Shown piece after piece: positions 56,092 to 63,692 of a stretch of 64,000 nt of DNA. This DNA is from a virus (lineage: Duplodnaviria; Caudoviricetes). The stretch is from positions 3,618 to 67,617 of IMG/VR virus record IMGVR_UViG_2706795248_000001; one strand, given 5' to 3'. Numbering within the stretch: the stretch's first letter is position 1; the number at the start of each line of letters is the position of its first letter. Under the pieces are notes generated by a model. That model saw only the letters and a program-made list of their open reading frames with translations, had not been told where the DNA came from and made no database searches. A program made the translations under genes and the position numbers.

Positions 56092-56775
56092 GTGAAATGC
56101 GAGAATTGTGGCTGCATCTTCGCTGGTCGCAAGCGAAAATTCTGCTCCGGGCAATGCCGAGAAGCCTTCCATAATCGGGACTGGAGGTCCAAGAGGCCCC
56201 CTCGTCAGAGGGAGGGCGATTACGTCCGAGGAGTCCCTCGATCAAAGCAATGCTCTTCATGCTCAAAACCCTTCTCTCCGAACAGCTCTCGGCAAAAATA
56301 CTGTTCCCGAGAATGCCGACCCAGGCCGATCAAGAAGCCGGTCATGACCAAGCAGTGCCCCGAGTGTGAAACCGTCTTCAAGACCTCCCGGGATCGACAG
56401 ACCTGCTCAAATCGCTGTGCCATGCGGCGTCGCTACAGGGAGAAACCCCAGGTAGTGGCGCAAAAGGTTCGGGCCTGGGAGGTCGCCAATCGGGACTCCC
56501 ATCGCATCCGGCAAGCAGAGCGCTGTGACCGCCGGAGAAGGGCCATTGTGGGCTCGGTGTCCACCCGGGACTGGAAAAGGGCTCTCCGTCGCGCTCAGGG
56601 CCGCTGCGCTTACTGCCAGTGCAGGTCCACCAGGCTTACGATCGACCATGTGGTCCCTATCTCTCGCGGAGGCAGGCACACGATCGGCAACGTCATCCCG
56701 GCCTGCCCCCGCTGCAACTACCAGAAGAAAAACAAGACCGTCATGGAGTGGCGGATCTGGAAGGAGTCCCGATAA
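56092..56775 (+). CDS. HNH endonuclease with three N-terminal Zn-finger repeats
   Basis: Three CxxC...CSxxC repeats; CAYC...DHVVPISRGGRHTIGNVIPACPRCNYQK. Confidence 0.9.
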   Translation: MKCENCGCIFAGRKRKFCSGQCREAFHNRDWRSKRPPRQREGDYVRGVPRSKQCSSCSKPFSPNSSRQKYCSRECRPRPIKKPVMTKQCPECETVFKTSRDRQTCSNRCAMRRRYREKPQVVAQKVRAWEVANRDSHRIRQAERCDRRRRAIVGSVSTRDWKRALRRAQGRCAYCQCRSTRLTIDHVVPISRGGRHTIGNVIPACPRCNYQKKNKTVMEWRIWKESR

Positions 56776-57332
56776 TGGCTGGTCATGGCCCTCCCCCGAA
56801 GGATGCGTCGACCCGAGCACGACGGCACAAGTCGTCTACCAACGCGGTCCTGAAAGCGGTCGAGGACCCGGATATCCCCGATCTGCCTCCGGCCGAGGAG
56901 TGGCTCGGCGGGATCGAGGACGAAATCGGCGACATGGAGGGCCGTCCCCGCGAGACCCGAGACTGGCCGAAACCGGTCGTGAGCTGGTGGAATGACATCT
57001 GGAGCTCCCCGATGTCGGCCGAGTTCCAGGACTCCGACATCCACGGCCTGTACCTCGCGTGCTTCTACCTGTCGCAGGTGCTCAACCCGTTCTTGAAGAT
57101 GTCCGATCGCATCTCCGCGTCCAAGGCCTACGAGGTCCAGGTCCGCAACTTCGGCCTAAACCCCATGTCCCGCAGGACTCTTCAGTGGGAGATCGAGCGC
57201 ACCGAGGAGGCTCAGGACCGCGGCAAGAAGCGCCGGAGCCGTGCCCAGGCAGCCACGAAGGACGCCCCCGAACCCGCAGACCCGCGAGGCGTCGAGGAGG
57301 AACAGGCCAACCCGTTCACCGTCGTGTCGTAG
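56775..57332 (+). CDS. terS: Terminase small subunit
   Basis: MAGHGPPPK start, WWNDIWSSP, FGLNPMSR motif; TAATG overlap; next to candidate cos. Confidence 0.8.
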   Translation: MAGHGPPPKDASTRARRHKSSTNAVLKAVEDPDIPDLPPAEEWLGGIEDEIGDMEGRPRETRDWPKPVVSWWNDIWSSPMSAEFQDSDIHGLYLACFYLSQVLNPFLKMSDRISASKAYEVQVRNFGLNPMSRRTLQWEIERTEEAQDRGKKRRSRAQAATKDAPEPADPRGVEEEQANPFTVVS

Positions 57333-57378
57333 ACTCGACCTCGGCATCGGAAGCCACCCGGGCTCAGGCCCACACGAG

Positions 57379-57422
57379 AAGCCCCGTCGGTCACTCCCAA
57401 TTCGGCACACCGGCGGGGTTTT
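57379..57422 (+). terminator. Intrinsic terminator after terS
   Basis: AAGCCCCGTCGGT / ACCGGCGGGGTTT followed by TTC. Confidence 0.7.
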
Positions 57423-57572
57423 CTCGTACCCGGACTTTCACAGTTGAGCGTCAACGAACTGGGTCAACTGTCCAAAAGCCCAGATTTTCTCTCAGGTTTC
57501 ACTCAGGAAACTCGAAACATACTCTGACCTGCGATTATCCAGGGGTCTCTAGTTCGTATGCTTCACGTGCAT

Positions 57573-57800
57573 TTTTCAAAAACGTACTCTGACCTGCTGC
57601 TTAACGAGGCGTAGTTGTTGTAGTCTAAAAAAGGGGTGGTGGCTCACCCCTGTAGAGAGAGAGATTTCACCCTAGTTGTCACGGTTGATGGGCTCGTTAA
57701 CCGTTACAACTTCTTCTCTACAGGAACCCTCAAAATGAAATAAATAGACTACAACGATTACACCCTCGAAAGTCCCAGGTCAGATAGTATATTTTGAAAT
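57573..57800 (+). ncRNA. Candidate structured ncRNA, long rod with central A-rich bubble (6S-like architecture)
   Basis: Nested helices 57588-96/57776-84, 57605-09/57764-68, 57611-27/57745-61, 57649-59/57714-24, 57674-90/57695-711; several G-U pairs on the + strand. Confidence 0.6.
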
Positions 57801-57884
57801 ATAGCTGGCAGGTAACTTTACAAAATCGTGCATTTGTCTACTACTTCCTGGTTAACGCTCAACCGTGAAACTCTAGATTCCGAG

Positions 57885-57913
57885 TTGACACACAACCGTC
57901 TCAACTCTAGGAT
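57885..57913 (+). promoter_or_regulatory. Consensus sigmaA promoter TTGACA-17-TAGGAT, 6 nt before ATG 57920 (leaderless)
   Basis: Read directly. Confidence 0.85.
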
Positions 57914-57919
57914 GGGCCC

Positions 57920-58321
57920 ATGATTCTCCGCACCAAGACGCACTTCGATGGCTGTGTCCGGATCAAGCTGGACTGCGACACCAAGTCGTGCGAGAGGAGG
58001 ACCTGGATCACGATCCCGGACGCCGACCTGGGGGACCTCCCCGGCCCCGAGGAGCGCCCTCGCGGCAGGGTCCGGGCCCGGCTGGCCCGCTACGGCTGGA
58101 CAACCCCTCTCGACGAGACAGGGGCCGATAACCGGACGTTCTGTCCGACCCATTCGGTGATTGTTCGCGATGACGACGAGATCATCGACGACGACGACGT
58201 CCAATTCACCGAAACGCCGTTCCAGGCCCGCAAGAGAATGCTTCGAGAGAAGGCCGAGCGCGCCGAGCAGAGGCGCGCTAAGCAGAGACAGAAATACGCC
58301 GACAAAAGGAACCCGCAATGA
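57920..58321 (+). CDS. Hypothetical protein (Cys motifs, basic C-terminus)
   Basis: Leaderless start; C...C...CPTH. Confidence 0.75.
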   Translation: MILRTKTHFDGCVRIKLDCDTKSCERRTWITIPDADLGDLPGPEERPRGRVRARLARYGWTTPLDETGADNRTFCPTHSVIVRDDDEIIDDDDVQFTETPFQARKRMLREKAERAEQRRAKQRQKYADKRNPQ

Positions 58322-60234
58322 TCTATGGATCGAGCAAGAATGCGGAGGACGTGCGCAACGCACTGCGCGACATCCTCCGGAGCCTCCCCCTCAACATCCA
58401 GGCGCCGATACCGATCGACGTCGAATACGCCATCAGAGCGATCGAGAACGACAAGCGGATCGTGGTGGTCTCGAACGAGGAGGACGAGGATATCGCGAAG
58501 AGGGTCTACGAAATGGACCAGACCGAGGTGGCCGACCTGCGCTCGCAGCTCACCCACCTCGAACAGTGGATCAACCAGAACGTTCCGGCCGAGAAGCAGT
58601 CGGCGCACACCGGGGACCCCGTCGCCAACGCGATCTCGCTGCTCATGAAGATGAAGTCGCAAGAGCTGAAGATGGACGAGCTCGCGACGATGCGCAACGG
58701 CCGAGATCGCCTGCTGAACTGGATGAACCTCCACGTCAAGAAGAGCGGAGGAATCCCTCCGGGGCTGATCGCCCGCAGCTCGACCTCGTTCGACGCGGCG
58801 ATCTCGGCGATGGATGACCTGCTCGCGCAGATCGAAGCCGCCAAGGTCGAGTCGGCCCGCAGGCAGCAGGTCATCGACGACCTGAACGAGCAGCTCCGCG
58901 AGCACCAGAAGACCCCGAAGAAGCCGGACGAGTTCGTCCACACCGCGCCGGACGTGGACAGTGACAACGTGCTGCTCAACCTGCTCACCGCGACGCTCGC
59001 CAGCACGGCTGTCCAATCCGAGAATGCCTACAAGGAAAGGGGGTGGGAGCGATTCGCCGAGGCGATCCTCGGCAACCCCAAGCTCCGCGTCTCTCGCGCG
59101 CCGGAGAAGCCCAAGGTCCAGACCGAACCGGACCCCACGATCGGCATCGGGTACGACGGCGAGGTCATGGAGCCCGGCGAGACCTACGTCGCCAGGCGGG
59201 ACGCCGACGGGAGGCTGCGTACCGACCGGCTCGGCGACCTCGGCCAGGTCTGGGTCCTCCCGGAGCAGCCCGAACCATTCGAGCGGGTGCTGGAGCAGAT
59301 CGCGAAGATCTCGGCGAAGCTCGACGACCTGACGAAGCCGAAGCGGATCCAGATCGAAGACGGCCCCGTCGGCACCTTCCTCGACGGCGTGGTTCACGTG
59401 ACCGACCCGGCGGACCTGGAGCGCATCAGCCGGATCGCCCAGGAGGCGCAGCGGGCGAAGACGCGGTTCGCGCGGGTGTCCGGGAGGGTCGAGGGCATCG
59501 GAGACGCGGTCGCCGACGAGGTCGCGTACTACTCGACGCCAACGGCCTCTGACGAGGTCGCCGTCCACCCGATCACCGAGTCCATCGAGCGGGCCAAGAG
59601 CGAGGACGACCTGCTGCAATCGGTGAGCGACGTTATTGCCGTGGAGTTCCGCGAGGAGCTGACCAACCGGGCCATCCCGGCGAAACCGAACGCTCTGACA
59701 CAGGAGTTCGCCCTCACCGTCGCCGAGACCCTGATGGCGAAGGGGCTGCTCCGGCAGGGGCCGCGCCCGGGAGCGCCGGACGCCGCCGACTGGCGCCACG
59801 AGATCAGCGCCGCGCTCGGGGTCCTGCCGGGCAGCTTCAACTACGACCTGAAGAAGGCGAAGGAGCAGATCGGGTCGCTGCGGGAGGGAGCCCGCCGGGA
59901 CCGGGAGTGGGTCGTTTCGGTCAGCCTGGCTCTCGGGATGCCGCCGATGGCACAGGAGTACACCAAGGCCGACGCGGTGAACAAGATCGGTGAGCTGCGC
60001 AAGGACATCTTTACGGTGACGAAGGACCGGGCCGAGATCCGTTGCGAGCCGGGCAAGCTGCGCTCGATCATCGAGGACGCCGTCCTGGGGGTCATGAAGG
60101 ACGCCTACCTGCGCGAGCACGGCTACCCGGCCGGGGAGACCTCCGAGCGGGCCGCGCAGATGGCTGTGCTGGCCAATCAGGCGTGGTACCGGTTCGCCGA
60201 GAGCCTGGTCGGCGACGAAGACCCGCACATCTGA
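58318..60234 (+). CDS. Large coiled-coil-rich hypothetical protein
   Basis: 638-aa ORF, ATGA overlap, phage codon use. Confidence 0.85.
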   Translation: MIYGSSKNAEDVRNALRDILRSLPLNIQAPIPIDVEYAIRAIENDKRIVVVSNEEDEDIAKRVYEMDQTEVADLRSQLTHLEQWINQNVPAEKQSAHTGDPVANAISLLMKMKSQELKMDELATMRNGRDRLLNWMNLHVKKSGGIPPGLIARSSTSFDAAISAMDDLLAQIEAAKVESARRQQVIDDLNEQLREHQKTPKKPDEFVHTAPDVDSDNVLLNLLTATLASTAVQSENAYKERGWERFAEAILGNPKLRVSRAPEKPKVQTEPDPTIGIGYDGEVMEPGETYVARRDADGRLRTDRLGDLGQVWVLPEQPEPFERVLEQIAKISAKLDDLTKPKRIQIEDGPVGTFLDGVVHVTDPADLERISRIAQEAQRAKTRFARVSGRVEGIGDAVADEVAYYSTPTASDEVAVHPITESIERAKSEDDLLQSVSDVIAVEFREELTNRAIPAKPNALTQEFALTVAETLMAKGLLRQGPRPGAPDAADWRHEISAALGVLPGSFNYDLKKAKEQIGSLREGARRDREWVVSVSLALGMPPMAQEYTKADAVNKIGELRKDIFTVTKDRAEIRCEPGKLRSIIEDAVLGVMKDAYLREHGYPAGETSERAAQMAVLANQAWYRFAESLVGDEDPHI

Positions 60235-60317
60235 TCGACGAACGCTAGCGCCGGGTGTCTGGGTACGCCAGCACCCGGCGCTATGTAATTCCCTCACGAG
60301 CGGGGAGAAATCCCCTG

Positions 60318-60347
60318 TTGACGTCAACTCTGAAAGTAAGGTACGGT
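60318..60347 (+). promoter_or_regulatory. Promoter TTGACG-18-TACGGT whose -35 lies in a TTGACGTCAA palindrome; leaderless ATG at 60354
   Basis: Read directly. Confidence 0.75.
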
Positions 60348-60353
60348 AGAGCC

Positions 60354-61070
60354 ATGAACGAAAACACACCCGAGCCGGACGAGACCGGCACTGAAATGCA
60401 CGAGCTGCTGGAGAAGTACCTCGGCTTCCCGCCGAAGAAGAACGTGCAGGTCAGTCTGCCTCGGCAGCACAGCAAGAACCTGCTCCGCAAGGCGCTGGAG
60501 GCCGGAGTCCCGACGGAACCGACCGAGTTGCCGGAGGGCATGGAGGTGCTCGGCTTCACCGAAGACCTGACCCCGGTTCTGTTGCCCGAGCTTCGGCGAA
60601 AGGCCCAGGAGGTCGCGAACGAAGAGGCTCTGCGCCAGATCAAGAACCTGATCAACGAGCGAGCGGTCGCGCACCCGGCCTTCCTCGATCGCATCGAGAT
60701 GCCGGAGGTCTCGTTCTCGCAGCCCCGGCAGTGCCGGAAGGCAGAGGCCGACCAACGCGGTCCGCAGATGCCTTTCAAGATCGGGTTCCCGAAGACCGAA
60801 GACGCCGCGCGCCAGCATTTCGAGGACGCGATGGAGAAGTTCAATCGCGAGGTGCTGCCGCCGTTCCGCGAGGCCGTCTACGGCCTCTATCAGACGATTG
60901 AGGGCTCGTGGCGGTCGATGACTCCGGCGATGGAGATGATCGCGAAGATCGAAGCCGAGATGCACGGAAAGCCGGTCCACCCCAAGGACATTCGCGACGA
61001 GCGAGGGGTCAAGCAGCCCTCGCCGGTGCCGCCGTTCTGGGCTGCGCGACCGAACGGCCGACGGCGATGA
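60354..61070 (+). CDS. Hypothetical protein
   Basis: Start MNENTP after promoter. Confidence 0.8.
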   Translation: MNENTPEPDETGTEMHELLEKYLGFPPKKNVQVSLPRQHSKNLLRKALEAGVPTEPTELPEGMEVLGFTEDLTPVLLPELRRKAQEVANEEALRQIKNLINERAVAHPAFLDRIEMPEVSFSQPRQCRKAEADQRGPQMPFKIGFPKTEDAARQHFEDAMEKFNREVLPPFREAVYGLYQTIEGSWRSMTPAMEMIAKIEAEMHGKPVHPKDIRDERGVKQPSPVPPFWAARPNGRRR

Positions 61071-61366
61071 GCACGACGGCGTGCGAGGCGCTCAACAACT
61101 GGGATCAGCGGGTCTGCTCACTACCCGAGGGCCACTCGGGATGGCACAGCGATGGCGAGACGATGTGGCCTCGGCACGAGAAGTTCCGCGCTGAGGACTA
61201 CCCCGATCCTGAGGCTGTTCGCGCCCTCGAAGAGCTAGTCGGCGAGTTCGGCGCCACCGACAACATGGGTCCGAGCGACTGGGACGGCATGGAGGCGCTC
61301 GGCAATTTCCTGGAGAAGTACCAGGTCACACGCATCGACACGACGAAGAAGGACACCAATGACTGA
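61067..61366 (+). CDS. Hypothetical protein with C...CSLPEGHSGWH motif
   Basis: ATGA overlap. Confidence 0.7.
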   Translation: MSTTACEALNNWDQRVCSLPEGHSGWHSDGETMWPRHEKFRAEDYPDPEAVRALEELVGEFGATDNMGPSDWDGMEALGNFLEKYQVTRIDTTKKDTND

Positions 61367-61709
61367 CATCGCATCGCTCGACAGCACACCCGTGTTCACC
61401 AAGACCAGCACGGTCACGACCGTCCATGTCGAGGTCTCCGGCGTGCCGGACTACACCGGGAGCTTCCACAAGAAGGCGATCCGGCCGGACCGCGCCAAGC
61501 TCGTCTACCACGAAGCAGGGTCGTGGGAGAGGGCCCCGCACGTCTCGATCGAGGTCTCCGGGCCGCAGGTCCGCAAGGACGGGTCCGCCGGACAGAATCG
61601 GACGACGACGCACGTCTGGCGGGAGAAGGTCACCCCGTGGATGCGCGACATGGTCGAGGCTGTCCGGCCGTCGACGCACCCGAGGGTCGACGGGGAGAAG
61701 ATCGGGTGA
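61359..61709 (+). CDS. Hypothetical protein
   Basis: SD GAAGGA. Confidence 0.75.
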   Translation: MTDIASLDSTPVFTKTSTVTTVHVEVSGVPDYTGSFHKKAIRPDRAKLVYHEAGSWERAPHVSIEVSGPQVRKDGSAGQNRTTTHVWREKVTPWMRDMVEAVRPSTHPRVDGEKIG

Positions 61710-61978
61710 CCGGGGAGACGATCGCGACCCTCGACGAGCTGCTGGACGGCCTGCCGGAGATCTACGCGCCGGTGGTCCGGGCCGTCTGGCGGCACCGCGA
61801 AGGGGTGCGCGACATCGCCGAGCTCGGGGAGGCCTTCGACACGCTGTTCCGGGTGATGACCGACCTCCGGCAGCTCGACGAGCACGACGCCGCGGACCTG
61901 CCCGACCACCCGGCCAACTGGAAGTTGTGCTCGGCAGCCTGGGCCTCGGTGTACTGGAGCGAGAGGCGTGAGGCGTGA
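61706..61978 (+). CDS. Hypothetical protein
   Basis: GTGA overlap. Confidence 0.7.
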   Translation: MTGETIATLDELLDGLPEIYAPVVRAVWRHREGVRDIAELGEAFDTLFRVMTDLRQLDEHDAADLPDHPANWKLCSAAWASVYWSERREA

Positions 61979-62108
61979 GGCGCGGCGAGACTCGGTCCGC
62001 GGGGCATTCTGGAGATACCTGCACTCCGGGGATCTGCCTCGGGCCCTGGAGATGCTGGTCATCCTGAACAACGAGACCGTCGACGAGAACCGGAGAAAAC
62101 ATGACTGA
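61968..62108 (+). CDS. 46-aa microprotein (MRREARRDSVRGAFWRYLHSGDLPRALEMLVILNNETVDENRRKHD)
   Basis: Translated by hand; fills the gap with coding-like codons. Confidence 0.5.
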   Translation: MRREARRDSVRGAFWRYLHSGDLPRALEMLVILNNETVDENRRKHD

Positions 62109-62322
62109 GCTGGCCGTACGCTTCCTCTCGCTGATCGGGCCGATGTCGGCACTGATCGTGCTCCTGCGGGTGTTCGAGAGCGTGCCGCTGTCGGAGTGGT
62201 GGCCGTTCCTGATCTTCACCATCGCGGTCAACGCGCTGACGGTGCTCATCGTGAAGAAGACGCAGCGACCAGCCGCCGACGACGACCTGATTCTCGGGCC
62301 GGACGTCGACGAGAAGCGGTGA
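62101..62322 (+). CDS. 2-TM membrane protein
   Basis: Two hydrophobic segments. Confidence 0.7.
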   Translation: MTELAVRFLSLIGPMSALIVLLRVFESVPLSEWWPFLIFTIAVNALTVLIVKKTQRPAADDDLILGPDVDEKR

Positions 62323-62570
62323 CCGCAACCAGCGCGTCCCCGGGGTCAAAGAGATCCCGAAAGACGTTGCGGGGCAACAAACATTACAAAGAGCTGGCCG
62401 AGAAGATCCTCGCCGCTGGAGCCGAGATCCGTTGGCCCAGAGGCAAAGGCCACCCCCAGGTCTACTTCCGAGGCGAGCACGTGACCAGCCTCGCGATGAC
62501 ACGATCCGATACCCGAGGGGACAAAAACACCATCGCTCGGTGCCGCCGAGCGGGAATGGATATTCGATGA
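62319..62570 (+). CDS. hicA: HicA-like toxin (dsRBD-fold mRNA interferase)
   Basis: GAEIRWPRGKGHPQVY...TRSDTRGDKNTIARCRRAG; conserved GH. Confidence 0.7.
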   Translation: MTATSASPGSKRSRKTLRGNKHYKELAEKILAAGAEIRWPRGKGHPQVYFRGEHVTSLAMTRSDTRGDKNTIARCRRAGMDIR

Positions 62571-63025
62571 AACACCAGGTGAAAGACCTGATCGAGTCGA
62601 CCGAGCGCATTCTCGTGCAGGCCGACGAGAAGGCCGACGAGGCTGCGAAACAGTGGCTGGCCGACCACGAGCAGTTCTACCGCGCGCTGCGCGATCGGAT
62701 GACCCAACGGCTGCGGAAGAAGGAGCCGATCACCGAGCAGGACTTCCGGGACACCGTCGGGAAGTCGGATCTCGGATACGGCCGTCGGCGGGCCTTCGAT
62801 GACCTGCGGCGCCGTCCGATGACCGCGCTGCGCCAGACGCGACCCCGAGGGCACCTGGACATCTTCTACAGCGACCTGGTCGCATTCCGGGACTCGATGC
62901 GCGGCCTCGACCAGGAGGAGGTCACCGACCGGGACCTCACCGACCTCGGGTTCAACCGGTACGGCGCGGTGATCAACCGGCTCCAGAACCCGGACCGCTA
63001 CTGGGGAAACCAGGTGATCTGGTGA
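62567..63025 (+). CDS. Hypothetical protein
   Basis: ATGA overlap. Confidence 0.75.
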   Translation: MKHQVKDLIESTERILVQADEKADEAAKQWLADHEQFYRALRDRMTQRLRKKEPITEQDFRDTVGKSDLGYGRRRAFDDLRRRPMTALRQTRPRGHLDIFYSDLVAFRDSMRGLDQEEVTDRDLTDLGFNRYGAVINRLQNPDRYWGNQVIW

Positions 63026-63324
63026 GCGACATGACGATCACCGACGAGGAGCTCGCGGGGCTGCTGAAGCCGCTCAACGACCTCCCTGCGGAGCAGCGCC
63101 CGGCCATCTACGCCCGGTTGCTGTTCGAGCAGAAGCGCCGCCAGACCTACCACCGGTACGGGGAGCCGGTATTCCACTTTCTGATGAGCGGAATCCCCGG
63201 GACCAGTCCGGATGTCCGGAACCGCTTCGCCAAGTTCCTGTTGGACGGCGAGGACATGGCAGAGGTCCGTGACGCGATTCTCCGGTGGTATCAGCAGCAA
63301 GAACAGAGAGGGCTTGTCCGATGA
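63022..63324 (+). CDS. Hypothetical protein
   Basis: Overlap coupling. Confidence 0.7.
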   Translation: MSDMTITDEELAGLLKPLNDLPAEQRPAIYARLLFEQKRRQTYHRYGEPVFHFLMSGIPGTSPDVRNRFAKFLLDGEDMAEVRDAILRWYQQQEQRGLVR

Positions 63325-63692
63325 ATGACCAGGTAGACCAGCCGACGCCGCGGGAAGACCTGCGCGCGATCATCACCAAGCTCTGCCAGGACGCCGCGAC
63401 AACCGGGATCAACCATCCGGCGTTCCCGGTGCACCGCGAGCACCTGATCGACTCGTTCTTCGCGACGTGGTTCGTCGAGAAGCCGACCGAGATCGGCAAG
63501 GAGCGCGCCGCACAAGCCGAGTGGCAGAAGGAGGCCAAGAGCCTCTTCTCTGCGATTGTGGTGGCCCTGAAGCGGGTCGGCGGCGGCACTGGAGTGTCGA
63601 TCGGAGAGATCGTGATGGCGGCGACCGAGACCATCCTGCACGAGCGCGGTGTGGAGGACCCCGACGAGCTGATGGAGCGGATGCTGTCGTGA
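63321..63692 (+). CDS. Hypothetical protein
   Basis: ATGA overlap. Confidence 0.7.
   Translation: MNDQVDQPTPREDLRAIITKLCQDAATTGINHPAFPVHREHLIDSFFATWFVEKPTEIGKERAAQAEWQKEAKSLFSAIVVALKRVGGGTGVSIGEIVMAATETILHERGVEDPDELMERMLS

Noticed and set aside
55652-56266. His/Thr-rich minus-strand ORF and the Val/Cys-rich 5' extension of ORF 55681
   Set aside because: Translations of the GT-rich low-complexity tract; they cross the predicted cos; better start at 56092
57333-57420. Possible tRNA after terS
   Set aside because: No D-loop or TTC-loop cloverleaf; explained as a terminator
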